From Oculina patagonica (lineage: Eukaryota): a stretch of DNA of 64,000 nt. Position numbers and translations under genes: made by a program. The stretch is from assembly GCF_052425735.1 (NCBI RefSeq), contig NC_135761.1, positions 8,990,001-9,054,000 of the forward strand, read 5' to 3'. The first letter of the stretch is position 1. Each line of letters opens with the position of its first letter. Of the stretch, positions 34,944 through 47,038 are shown in pieces. A model generated the notes under the pieces. It saw only the letters and a list, made by a program, of their open reading frames with translations. It was not told the DNA's origin and searched no databases.

Positions 34944-36968
34944 AATCGACATGCACCAATTTTCATCTAATCCGGTAGTACGAAATAAGTGGGTGGAATT
35001 TGTCCAAAGACACCGTGCCGATTTTCACGCGTCTCCTGGCCGTGTTTGCTATGTACTTGATTCTTGTTTTATTATAGGTGAATTTCAAAACAGCAAAATT
35101 CTAACTTGAATTTCTAACTAACATCCGTGGACCTCGATGTGATTTCTTTTGTTTTATTCTCCTTCGAAGCCACGTAAGAATTATTATATATCGAAATAGG
35201 CCTCCTCCCCCCACCCCAAATAAAATGTCCCATAAAACTCAGACGCAAAAATCCTTCCGAGTGTAAGCCCATATTGTTAGGTTGTTTTGTATTTTACGTC
35301 GTTAGAGAATGCGCAGAAACCTGTAATGTTTGTCAAACGACTGAACGACTTGTGAAAGTTTTACCATGTGGTATTCTTGTATGCTCCAAACAACTTTCAG
35401 CTGTTCAGGCACAGTTTCCGTCCGCATAGAAACCCAGCGATTTTTAAAACGCAAATTTCCATACTAAAATAAGCTCTAAAAGTTTTGAAACTTCTCCGGG
35501 CTGGAGAGGATACCCCATACCCCCCTCCCCTTCCCTCCCTCCCCCTACAAGCTCGAGCCTACACCGCTCTAACGCACCCACGAAAATCCTGGCAACGGGC
35601 CTGAATTGAATGTGGTTAAGGCTTTCGCCATCCACCCCCCCCCCCAACCTTACCCCTCTCACAGGAGGGGGCGGGAAACACGCTAGAAAGGAATCAGCCA
35701 CACGTTAAAGTGAATAACGACAGGTAATGACTTTGCTTTCACTTTTGTGAAAACACCGTTCGCAAAAAACAACAGCCTTAAAAAAACCACGTGACCGATT
35801 CAGCAGCGTTTCAGCGCTGAAACGCGCTGTGGTCACGTCACCTGCCCATCAGATAATGTACAATGCACCTAAGTAATAAAGGAAAATCAATCAAGCTTAA
35901 AAGGGTCATAGAGGTTGCGATCAAAGCGGCATTCTCAGAAAATTCTGGAGAACATTTACACAGTATTTGTGTCATAACAACAGCTCCGGTTGTCGATGTT
36001 AAAAAACAAATCGGTATGACAATTTATGTTGCTAAACGTCGCCGGATTCATTATCCGAAGTGTCATTGAGATATTCTACTTTGTAACACCAACCGCCGGC
36101 TAAAAATGATCAAGAGGAAGTCTGATTTTAAAATGTTATTCTTTACGCATTTATTTAACGCTAGCCTACAGAACCGGCGATTGATTTTTAGTAAGTTTGC
36201 GGGTCGCACGATAAACCGCATGTTCTGCAGGCTAATCTAACGCCAGTATATACTTTAACTTTCTCGTTCTTACTAAAGGTCCTATAATTTGGTCATATGA
36301 TTTGCCTGTACTGTAAGTATTGTTTTCTTGGTGTGTTTCAATAAAAAAGTGACAATGTCGTACTGTCTCTTCTGCTATCTTTAGATTAATCGCGGACTCT
36401 TTAAAATTACCATATACTTGACATTTGCTTGTCATTTAGAAAGTGAAACATATAATCTCACATGTTAGCTTTTCATCTAAAAATAAAAGGCTTTAAAGGG
36501 AAGTTAAATGTCGATCACTTGACCATTGCGGTTCCCTAAGAGTGACCAGTATATATCTTCTCCATAACAAACACGCGCAAAGTCAACAGTTAACTATGCA
36601 GGTGATAAAAATAAAGAAACAGATCTTCCAGATCTTTTTCACTATTTAGGAACCACGTCGGAAGAATAGAATTTAAAACGGAACCTCTTGTTATCAGCTA
36701 CTAGTCGATATTGTTCTGCTGACACAACCCGGTTAAACTTTATAAAATGAAATGTTATTATCCAGGGATTTTTTTATCTGTATGGGACTCAATCAAATTT
36801 CTGGATTCTGATTGGTTAATGTCAAAAACATATTAAGGGTACAGAAATGCAAAACGGATTTGCAGAGTGCAATACGAAAGTTATAATGGTCGCTCAGACT
36901 TGTTGATCGCAGATTCGTTCGATTGTCTATACCTATCACGACTAGACATCGTGGAAACAAGATTAAGA

Positions 36969-38267
36969 TTATTCCTTCGGAGTCCAACCTTTTTGGATAA
37001 ACATCATGAGTTTTTTTCGGTGAAATGAGCTTTTAATTCCGAGGTCTTGCATATCAGTGTCATCTAGTTCTGACAACAAATTTCCATCAACCCCCTGTTC
37101 AGCAAACTTGTCCACATAATGGTTTAATCTCAGCTTACTGAGCAGCTCACTAACCTCGGATACGGACAAATCTTTCAACCATGTTGGTACCGTCTCGGCC
37201 TTATCAGCCTGCCCATGCCTTAACTCGTCTATTCTCTCATAAATATGCTGTTCTTCTACTTTGACTAAATCAGTATATTGTCCCTTTGCGTTGGTACAGC
37301 TAATGTTTTGACCCTGAGCCTGCCAATGAATGATTGCTTGGTATCCTTCCGCCACTTCAGCACCTCCTGATGACGGTCTTGGTGGAAGAGGGGGCCGTAA
37401 TGCTACATACTCGTTCGTTGTCTTCTGCACGTCTCGTTCGACATTGAAAAACCAAGATACTTCTCCACTGTTTCCAGTTGTGATTGCTGTCTCCAAGTTC
37501 ACTTCGGCGTCGATGAGGCGACAAATTTCCGACATCAAATTTGGGTCTATTTTTGAATCCTCTCTTCTAACTCTTATTTCTAAGTCAATAGGAATTTTCA
37601 GAACTCTCAGATCCTTTCCAAACAAGGTTGAAGCTATAAAAACGTTTTCATGCACTTTTTCCTCGATTGTAAACAATCCTTTGAATATCACTCTCGGTCT
37701 TGTGTTTGCCTCGTTAAATGCCTCCGTTGCACCAGTTCGAACTCGTACTCGCGTTGGCAGGGAATGTTGTTCAACGATATCTTGCATAGTTGTCGGATTA
37801 ACGTCTTCAAGAGTTTCAAAAGGTCCAACCTGGTCATTATAGAGGGTTATCGAACGAGATGTTCCTGCTACCTTGCACTTGTGTTCCATGCAGCCAGTAG
37901 CATCGTGCGATGCCTCTAGACAAAGCACGTCTCCGACTTTGATCCCACTGTGAGGTATATCTCGAAGCGAGCGAACGTATTTCGGAAAATCAACCATAAG
38001 TTCTTCAACAGTTTCATATTTGTCGCTGCATCTGTTCGGAATAGCTTCAAATATTTTCTCCGGGTAGTTACGAGGGATAGTAAAGTGGTTTCCGTTCTCA
38101 TCTCGAGCTATGATCTGAGGCAGATCTTTGATGGTGTGTAAGCTAACAATTTGCCCTTCAGACCACGATTTTTCCTCCGATTCATGTAAGTATCCTTCAA
38201 CTATTCGTATTGTTTCAGGGAAGTTACAGCCTTTCAAAAATTCGCAAAGCAAAAAGGATTCGTGCAT
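36969..38267 (-). CDS. Gene E: compact CABIT + SAM adaptor, paralog of D
   Basis: 432 aa, with core HKC-x8-ITLYNDQVGPF, motifs YVAL-RPPLPPR, YTDL and YERI, and a SAM ending KKLMMFIQKGWTPKE as in D. Confidence 0.85.
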   Translation of the reverse strand: MHESFLLCEFLKGCNFPETIRIVEGYLHESEEKSWSEGQIVSLHTIKDLPQIIARDENGNHFTIPRNYPEKIFEAIPNRCSDKYETVEELMVDFPKYVRSLRDIPHSGIKVGDVLCLEASHDATGCMEHKCKVAGTSRSITLYNDQVGPFETLEDVNPTTMQDIVEQHSLPTRVRVRTGATEAFNEANTRPRVIFKGLFTIEEKVHENVFIASTLFGKDLRVLKIPIDLEIRVRREDSKIDPNLMSEICRLIDAEVNLETAITTGNSGEVSWFFNVERDVQKTTNEYVALRPPLPPRPSSGGAEVAEGYQAIIHWQAQGQNISCTNAKGQYTDLVKVEEQHIYERIDELRHGQADKAETVPTWLKDLSVSEVSELLSKLRLNHYVDKFAEQGVDGNLLSELDDTDMQDLGIKSSFHRKKLMMFIQKGWTPKE

Positions 38268-38889
38268 TCTCTGGCCGGGATATCACTCAGAAATACCTTA
38301 TGCAGTCACTAAAACTCATTAGCGAAAGACCACCTTGCGTTATCTCGAGCATATTTGTCACGTGATCAAAATTCATACAGATCTTGAGTATTGGCTGGCA
38401 AACTCACACTTATTTATCGGTTGGATTTTTTCACCTACAAGTAAGTCCATTACATGAAAACTGGCATTTCATCGAAACAAAGGAACACCTCAAACATCTT
38501 TCTATCCTCTCAGAAATTTCATTACGAGACAGATGGGAAAAAAGGATCAATACTTAGCACATCAATATAGGCAACTTTTTTTCAATTTCGTTAACATTAA
38601 ACTGAGTAATGTTGGGTACGGCATAATTCTGCATTGCCACTCTTTTTAGGCGTAACAGTGCTACCTCATAACTGCAACCAGGACCGGAGCACATGCAGTG
38701 AAACGACGTAGCTCTCTCTCTCTCCCGACTTGCAACTAAAACAGTACTGTTTTGACTACTGATCATGCATCAGTGCGTAATAAAAATTGTTCACCAATTT
38801 TAAAATGCGCATACATTGCCATCTTCACAGACGACTGACGTGAATGAGCCGAGTCCTAGTTTTTATTGTCTGACTTGCAAGTTTGCAGT
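38268..38889. promoter_or_regulatory. Candidate bidirectional promoter between E (-) and C3 (+)
   Basis: 622 bp between divergent ATGs. Contains the E-box GTCACGTGA and the CRE-like TGACGT. Confidence 0.45.
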
Positions 38890-40179
38890 ATGGAATGTTT
38901 TAAGACTGAAACTATCGTCTGGAGTGATCAATCTTGTACCCTGAAGACTTTTGTAGCCCGTTACAATCTTCCGCAACTGGTAAAAGTCGAAGACGGATTC
39001 TATAGCGAGGACGATGGTGAGACGCTTTCAGCAGATGACATTCTTATGCTTCACTCCATAAAACGAACTGAAAACCTGCTTGTAGAAGACGCCGAGCACA
39101 AGGAGTATCTTCTACCACTTAATAGTCCCTGTAAAGTTGAAATACTACCTAAACTATGCCAGGACAGGTATGACAGCGTGGAAGATGCTGTCGATGCCTG
39201 GACTCATTCAGCTGATTTCAAGTTCATTCGTGTCGCGGAAGTTTATTCTTGTTCACCTTCGTTGCGCATTAGAGCAGGAGACATCTTGGAACCGAGAAAG
39301 ACCGTCACAGAAAACCATGTAAAGTTTCTGCAATGTGTGTTTTATGGCCAGACTGAGTACCTTGTGAAACTTCCTTTCAATGTCAAAGCTGCTTTTGAAC
39401 CCTTAGCCAGTAGAGAACCAGTCCAGTTCGAAGACATCCTGCACTCGTTTGAGCTTCCTGTTCGAGTGAAATTTACTTCATCTTGCATCACCACGACACA
39501 AAATGCAAACAGCAACAACATTGACTTCCAGTCACTCGGCCCAGTTTTTTTACAAGAACTTCGACAGGGCACTCCGACAGCAATTATTGCAACCCTTCGT
39601 GATGTCGATATGACACCGGTCGCAGATTTAACGATCCCAATAGATCTGGATGTAAATGTGTGTCCTGCACGTGAAGCTGTGATAGGCAATGAAGACTACG
39701 TCAGGTTCTGCGAAGAAATCCACCACGGAACTGAGCACACAAAGGTAAACCTCTATGAAAATGGTTGTAAATCTTTTGAAGAACCCACTGTAGACCCTGT
39801 GGTGGATGTTGACCATGAGTACGAAGAAATAAAGCCTCTGCCACCAAAACCCAAGCCTAAGCCTAAGCCAAATCGCAGACCTGTTCCAACGTATGAAAAC
39901 CTGATGAATGACGATGTGTTAGAGGCACCGAAAGAAGGCCCGTCCAATTTTGAAGGGGCATCACCTCATGATTGTAAGGAAGACAGCAAATACAATGTAG
40001 AAGATGACGAGGAAGATACATACCTTAGTTCAGATTGTGACTCCGACGAAGATTATATCTTTGTTGAACCGATACATAATGAGCAAATCTACCCATCCAA
40101 TATTGACGCTGATGACGAGACACCACCACCTCGCCCTCGTCGAGTTGAATCGCTTGGCCGCTATAGAGATAACCAGTGA
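38890..40179 (+). CDS. Gene C3: CABIT adaptor without SAM
   Basis: 429 aa from the ATG at 38890 (the track start at 38866 is a TTG). It is the most diverged C copy and has the same stop. Confidence 0.82.
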   Translation: MECFKTETIVWSDQSCTLKTFVARYNLPQLVKVEDGFYSEDDGETLSADDILMLHSIKRTENLLVEDAEHKEYLLPLNSPCKVEILPKLCQDRYDSVEDAVDAWTHSADFKFIRVAEVYSCSPSLRIRAGDILEPRKTVTENHVKFLQCVFYGQTEYLVKLPFNVKAAFEPLASREPVQFEDILHSFELPVRVKFTSSCITTTQNANSNNIDFQSLGPVFLQELRQGTPTAIIATLRDVDMTPVADLTIPIDLDVNVCPAREAVIGNEDYVRFCEEIHHGTEHTKVNLYENGCKSFEEPTVDPVVDVDHEYEEIKPLPPKPKPKPKPNRRPVPTYENLMNDDVLEAPKEGPSNFEGASPHDCKEDSKYNVEDDEEDTYLSSDCDSDEDYIFVEPIHNEQIYPSNIDADDETPPPRPRRVESLGRYRDNQ

Positions 40180-40748
40180 AAACGCACCCAAACGTCAGCA
40201 AGAAAAGCGCAACCGAGGTAAAACTTAAAGAAGAAAATCTCTAACAAGCCTTATTCGAAATATTTTCAAAACGACCTCTTTAAACTACCCTCGGACCCTT
40301 TTGCCTATCGTTGATCCATAGCCGGCGTGCGGGCTCCCAATCTGAAGAAGAAGGGTTTTCACCAAATCCTCGACCAGAGAGCGTGTTCACAGGCAATTAA
40401 TTCAGGACTTCTCAAGCTGCAGTCGCTCCAAAACGCCGGTCTTGTCGGTCTCGACCATTGTCTGAAGTATGGCATGGCCAGCGTACAGTCTGCAGATACT
40501 GTTTCTCGGGTCCGAGATCATCCTAGCATTAACAGTGAAGACTGTATAAACCTTTCTTCCGCCTATTTTCTTGTCAGGAGTAAAAGGTTATCAGGGCTTA
40601 GAAGGCTTAAGAATGCTGACACGTTTGAAAGAGACCTTGTTGATGTACGGTGTCTCTATCGATCAGCAAACAATTTCTTATGTTATACTTCAGTCGATGA
40701 TTTTTGTGTTAATTTGGCATATACAGATGTAATTTAATTTTCTTCTAA

Positions 40749-41508
40749 GGGCCTGTTTACATGGAAGGCGGGTGCCCCGGCTAACCGAGCTACCCGGCTA
40801 ACCGAGCTACCCTGGGCGAGCCAACTTTTCATACGTTTCTTAAGAAAACGTATTGAAGCCTTTACATGCTAGAAGGGTAACCCGCCTTGCCGGGGCACTC
40901 GGTCTACTTGCCCGGGGCACCCTTCTAGGCGAGATAGCTTTTTGCCATGTAAACGGTTATGCCCGAGCTATCCAGGCTTGCCGGGATAAGTTTTCGCGCG
41001 TGTTTTTAAACTAAATTTGAAGTTAATGGCATAAAATATATAAATTCTGGACCCAAACAGTGCTATTTGACCAAAATTAGATCAAATTAGTTTTATCTGT
41101 AGGCTGGAAAATTTTTTCTTTGAGCAAGAGCTAATTAATTCGAAATTTTCGTAGGAATGATTATCCTAACTCACGAAACAACAAATTTAATTTCAATTTG
41201 GCGGCCAAAGACTGTTGAATTTCGATTGAATTTCCCCATAAATGGACGTACTAAAGTTCTAAGAGCTTGCACATCAAAATAAAATAGGTTTGAAGACGGC
41301 TAGCCTTGATTATTTAGTAAAACTGTCATATTTTTCTAAAATCATTTGGAGCTACATGGTTTTCCCACGCTGTGACACGCTTCAATGACGCTATCTCAGC
41401 TCAGGTAGAAGGGCTGTGAATTCTGCATGTAAAGGCGGGCTATGTTTCATCCCTTCTAGCCGGGTAACTCGGTTAGCCGGGGCACCCTCCCTCCACGTAA
41501 ACAGGCCC
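40749..41508. mobile_element. 760-bp PIF/Harbinger-type MITE with TAA target-site duplication
   Basis: TIR GGGCCTGTTTAC(A/G)TGGA...GGGTGCCCCGGCTAACCGAG, with TAA at 40746-40748 and 41509-41511. The empty site ttcTAAgtg is present downstream of C1, C2 and C4. Confidence 0.93.
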
Positions 41509-43432
41509 TAAGTGTCGAATGAAAGTGTTCGAACTAGGGCCGCGGCTAAGCGATTAGCCAAGTTTATTTAATATGATGCTAGATAAACGTGTTTGATCGT
41601 TTAGCCAAAACTTTCTGCATTTTGTTTATACCTTTCAATGTATCTCCTTGTGAACGTCTTTTAAAAGAGTGATTTCTGATGAAAACTGTATGCATGCCTT
41701 CGATTTCTTTACCACATAGGCAAAACAGTTTAAAAATACCATTCACATATTAGATTAGCGTATAGGTTCCAATTCTCGATTCTCTTGAACGTTTTGTTGA
41801 TATATCTGCATTTTATTTTGTGAACAGCTTCCAAATATGATTTATTAGCGACCCAGATATACCTTTGTGTTTCTTGTAAACAAAATACATTGATGACGTA
41901 AGTGAAATTTGTTTATTAGTTTAAAACCTTCTAATGAAGTACATAAATGTTATCCTACTTCCTAAATTTCTATAGAATTGCATTTACAATGTTTATTTTG
42001 GCTACCACTTTTCTAGTTCACTGAATATTTTGCTAGCTATTTTAGTGTAGTTTTAATTCTTTATTTATATTGTTCAGCTATGCAGCATGTATATTTATTT
42101 CCTGTATTGGAACTGAGATCTCCTAGCTGATAAGTTCAAGTCGATAAATCGTATAAACATATTTGAATGCATATTGCCATTGGTAATGGAATATCTGTAG
42201 AGAGTAGAAATGTTATAGTACAACTTAATAACACATCAGAAAACTTACAAAGCTGTGTCTAAGCAAGAGGAAGGAATCATCCTCTCTTAGTTTAAGTGTT
42301 GCTACTTGTGAATAAGAAAAAACAAGGTGAATATAGATTTAATGATCTCTAAATTGCGGATAGAAAGTTAACTTAATGAAATGATACTCAAAGACTGCGA
42401 TTACACAAGCCTATTAGAAAAAACTGAATATATTTCAACTGCATAATTAAGTTACTTTACTTTATTACGCATGTAATGGACAAACTATACTGAACATACA
42501 TTCTTCTTGTTTCGTATTTACAGCAACTTGGACCATATTTATAAAGCGCACATTATTGCATGAAATAATCAAAAAAAAAGCTTTACCAGCTTCTCAGGAT
42601 CCTTCAAAGTAAATTTAACCTCGACAGATATTTTCTCAAGTCAGTCCAAAAGTCAAGACGTTCCGCAACAGCGGTCCACCATGCTGCGCAATAACGTCTT
42701 TGTCAACTGACCAATCGGTACCATATTTATATCTAAGCCTTTCAATATTGACCGCGTACGTCAATCAAAATATTGCTTCCGGGGGTCTCACGCTTTTTTT
42801 TTTTTCCTCATCAAAATTTTGTGTCAGCCTGATCTTTTACTTGAGGAATAAACCATACGATCTTGTTGTTAAACCACAATAAGAAAGAGTTTTGTTGAAT
42901 CAAATCATGTCTGATCAAACATATATTTGTACACCTCTATTGTCATTCCGCTTCTCCTACACTCCCTCCCCCAACCCATCAACCCTCGCCCTTCCCCTCT
43001 CCCCCCCGTCTTTATTATGACTATTCGGCCATATGACAATTCTTGCCTAATTCAGTAATTTCTTTCGAACTAAGTGAGCTGAAACGAAAAAAATTTAGCT
43101 AGCACTGTGTGGAACTTCAATGATTATTAAATAAGTGGATGAATTGTTGAGATAAGAAGCACCAAGTTTGTGGTGCCCTCTTTAATAACAACCGAAAAAA
43201 AAATAACCAAGTTCCCTAGTAATTCGGCTTATGTTCTCTATAGCTACCTGCAGTACGCCATAAAAAGATAGCTAACTCGCCATTGAGCAGGCTGTTCATG
43301 TTGTTATTTTTGGTCTATATGATAACAAACCAACTCAGTCTACGAACGTCAACTGCATAATTAACATCGGTGCGGCAAAAACTTTGATTTTTCTACACAA
43401 AATAATGTCAGTGAAACAAATAAAGTTTTAGC

Positions 43433-45604
43433 TTATTTTTTTGGAGTCCAACCTTTCTGGATAAACATCATGAGCTTTTTTTTGTGCAATGGATTTGAAA
43501 TTCCAAGGTACTGCATCATTTCCGTATCCAGCTCTAGTAAAAAGTTGCCATCAATCGACTCCTCCACAAATCTATCCACATACGCGCTTAAGCCAAGCTT
43601 CATTAGCCATCCGGAGACTTCGGACACCGAGATGTCCTTCAAATGTTCTTTGCCTTTGTCCTGTACCACTCCAGCATCGCGTTCTGTCTTATCAGGTCGC
43701 TCACTAACTGCTGGCATTTCTGCTTTACTATGTGATTCGGCGTTTTGCGAAGTCAACTTAGTTGGGTTGTCTGGGTTGTCTTTACTTTCGCATGTCTTGA
43801 AACTGCTGGAATTTTGCAATGGCGAAGAAGGGTTCTGGGCTCTTGGCAGCTGTTTCTCTTCTGATTTCTGTTTGATCACATTTGGCGTTAGTTTGCCGTG
43901 TGGAAGAGGAGCGCTTTTCACGCTTTCCTTCACCGAAACGGCAGGACTTACAGAATTACTTGGAGAGTTTGCCTTTGGAGGTGAAGCAAATTGAATATTC
44001 TCGATACTTTCGTAGTACTCCTCTGTTTCATCAGGTCCGTTGTTGTTGTTTATTACTGTTGGCGGTTTCGATCGAGTCTGTGACTCAATGTTTTGCGAGG
44101 TCATCAGCTTAGTCGGACTTCCTTCACTTTCGTATTTCTTTAAATCTTGCAATGGCAGAGTACAGTGGTGAGAGCTTGGTGGCTGTTGCCGTTCTAGTGC
44201 TTTTTGCCTGGAGCCATTTGGTTTCGGTTTGACAAGTGGAGAAGAAACCGGTTTCGCGCTTCCCTTTGGAACAGCAGGTTCGATAGGTTTATTTGCAGGT
44301 TTTAGCTTAGAAGGTGAAACAGATTGGGTACCACTGATACATCCGGTGTGGTCTCCTGCCTCATCAGGTCTGTTGTGGTGAGATGTTACTTCTGAGTTTG
44401 GGGGTTCATTGTGTTGTTCGATGTTTTGTGGCGTGGTGCTTGTTGTGTTGGCAATTGCCAATGGCGGAATTGAGTGACGAGGTTTCTCTTTGTATACATT
44501 GGGCTTTTTGGCAACTGGAGGAGGAGGACCCGGTTTCTCAGTTCCTTTATGAACTTCAGAACTTGCAGTGTTTTTTGGAGGTTTTCGCTTGGGAGATGGA
44601 GCATATCGAGTTTCGCTGTCTGTTGTTTTTAATTTTGTATTTTGCTTTAAGTTTGATTCATTTAATTTCAATGGTGCTCTAGGTGGAACTGGAGGAATAA
44701 GCTCTTCGTAGATGTCGTCAGCTTGTGGTTCCTCGATGTCTCGTTTGATATCTGCAATATCAAAGTTCCAAGATGCTTCTCCGTTTCCGCTTAAGATTGT
44801 CGACTCAATTTTCACTTCTTTGTCGATAAGTAGACAAATTTCAGTGAACAGCTTTTGGTCAAGGTTTAAACTCTCCTTTTGGACTCTTAATTCCAAGTCA
44901 ATCGGAAGTTTCACAACTCTTAAATCCTTTCCAACCAAGGTAGAAACTATTAAAACTTTTTCCTGTACTATTTCTTTTAAAGTAACAAGTCCTTCTAACA
45001 TCGTCCTCTTGTTTATGTTTGTTTCACCGAGTGGTTGTGTTCCAACTCGAACTCGCACTCGTGTAGGAAGGAGGTGTTGATCAATGACATCTCGCATAGT
45101 AGTCGGATTAACGTCTTCAAGAGTTTCAAAAGGTCCAACCTGGTCACCAGAGAGGGTTATTGAACGAGTTGTTCCTTGTACACTGCACTTGAGATCCATG
45201 TAGCCAGCAGCATTTGGCGATGTCTCTACAAGACAAAGTATGTCCCCGACTTTGACCCCACTTCGAGATATGTTCCCAAGCGAGCGAACATATTTCGGAA
45301 AGTCAGCAATAAGCTCTTCAACAGTTTTGTACTCGTCGCCGCATCTGTTCGGAATACTCTCAAATATTTTCTCCGGGTAGTTTAAAGGGATACAAAAGCG
45401 ATTTCCTTTCTTGTCAAGAGCTAGAACCTGAGGTACATCCTTCATGGCGTGCAAGTGGACAATTTCGCCTTGAGACCACGATTGTTCCTCGTATTCATGA
45501 TCGTATCCTTCGACAATTTGTACAGTTGCAGGGAGATCACAGTCTGTCAAGAACTCGCAAAGCAAAGAGGAATCTAGCAGGCTCATGTCTGGATTATACG
45601 GCAT
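43433..45604 (-). CDS. Gene D3: CABIT + SAM adaptor (long linker form)
   Basis: 723 aa. It carries a 30-aa linker segment absent from D1 and D2. Confidence 0.85.
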   Translation of the reverse strand: MPYNPDMSLLDSSLLCEFLTDCDLPATVQIVEGYDHEYEEQSWSQGEIVHLHAMKDVPQVLALDKKGNRFCIPLNYPEKIFESIPNRCGDEYKTVEELIADFPKYVRSLGNISRSGVKVGDILCLVETSPNAAGYMDLKCSVQGTTRSITLSGDQVGPFETLEDVNPTTMRDVIDQHLLPTRVRVRVGTQPLGETNINKRTMLEGLVTLKEIVQEKVLIVSTLVGKDLRVVKLPIDLELRVQKESLNLDQKLFTEICLLIDKEVKIESTILSGNGEASWNFDIADIKRDIEEPQADDIYEELIPPVPPRAPLKLNESNLKQNTKLKTTDSETRYAPSPKRKPPKNTASSEVHKGTEKPGPPPPVAKKPNVYKEKPRHSIPPLAIANTTSTTPQNIEQHNEPPNSEVTSHHNRPDEAGDHTGCISGTQSVSPSKLKPANKPIEPAVPKGSAKPVSSPLVKPKPNGSRQKALERQQPPSSHHCTLPLQDLKKYESEGSPTKLMTSQNIESQTRSKPPTVINNNNGPDETEEYYESIENIQFASPPKANSPSNSVSPAVSVKESVKSAPLPHGKLTPNVIKQKSEEKQLPRAQNPSSPLQNSSSFKTCESKDNPDNPTKLTSQNAESHSKAEMPAVSERPDKTERDAGVVQDKGKEHLKDISVSEVSGWLMKLGLSAYVDRFVEESIDGNFLLELDTEMMQYLGISNPLHKKKLMMFIQKGWTPKK

Positions 45605-46027
45605 TATTACTCATTTCAAAAGCGCTTCCGTCTGTAAGCAACTCTGAATTTGTTATTCGTGTATCCAGTATTTATTTCAGATTATAATCATCGCGTGACA
45701 CTCATAACAAAATGCTTCAGGGGGTGTCCCGATACCTTTTCTCGGCAATAAACTTATCACTTGGCCAGATGTTTTGACGGGTAAATCACATTAATTTAAC
45801 AACTAGATTGTTTCGTCCTCAAAGCAAACTATATTTTAGTATTCACCTTGCGTTATCTCGAGTATATTTGTCACGTGATCAAAATTCATACAGATCTTGA
45901 TATTAGCTGGCAAACTCACACTTATTTATCGAGTAACTGATCCTGTAAATGAAAACGTGCATTCCATCGAAACAAAGAAACACCTAAAACATCTTTCTAT
46001 CCTCTCAGCAATTTCATTACGAGACAG

Positions 46028-47038
46028 ATGGGAAAAAAGGATCAATATTTAGCACATTATTATTGGACTCATTCGGCTGATTTCAAGTTCATTCGTGTCG
46101 CTAAAGTTTATTCTTGTTCACCTTCGTTGCGCATTAGAGCAGGAGACATCTTGGAACCGAGAAGGACCGTCACAGAAAACCATGTAAAGTTTCTACAATG
46201 TGTGTTTTATGGCCGGACTGAGTACCTTGTGAATCTTCCTTTCAATGTCAAAGCTGCTTTTGAACCCTTAGCCAGTAGAGAACCAGTCCAGTTCGAAGAC
46301 ATCCTGCACTCGTTTGAGCTTCCTGTTCGAGTGAAATTCACTTCATCCTGCGACACCACGACACAAGATGCAAACAGCAACAACATTGACTTCCAGTCAC
46401 TCGGCCCAGTTTTTTTACAAGAACTTCAACAGGGCACTCCGACAGCAATTATTGCAACACTTCGTGACGTCGATATGACACCGGTCGCAGATTTAACGAT
46501 CCCAATAGATATGGATGTAAATGTGTGTCCTGCACGTGAAGCTGTGATAGGCAATGAAGACTATGACAGAATCTGCGAAGAAATCCACCACGGAACTGAG
46601 CACACAAAGGTAAACCTCTATGAAAATGGTTGTAAATCTTTTGAAGAACCCACTGTAGACCCTGTGGTGGATGTTGACCATGAGTACGAAAGCGTAAAGC
46701 CTCTGCCACCAAAACCCAAGCCTAAGCCAAATCGCAGGCCTGTTCCAACGTATGAAAACCTAATGAATGACGATGTGTTAGAGGCACCGAAAGAAGGCCC
46801 ATCCAATTATGAAGGGGCACCACCTCATGATTGTAAGGAAGACAGCAAATATAATGTAGAAGATGACGAGGAAGATACATACCCTAGTTCAGATTGTGAC
46901 TCTGACGAAGATTATATCTTTGTTGAACCGATACATAATGAGCAAATTTACCCATCCAATATTGACGCTGATGACGAGACACCACCACCTCGCCCTCGTC
47001 GAGTTGAATCACTTAGCCGCTATAAAGATAACCAGTGA
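46028..47038 (+). pseudogene. Gene C4: 5'-deleted C copy with a recruited upstream ATG (336-aa open frame)
   Basis: A deletion of about 0.63 kb at TGG microhomology (tattgg|actcattc, about 46066) removes the first about 103 codons. The new N-terminus MGKKDQYLAHYY comes from spacer DNA. Confidence 0.75.
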
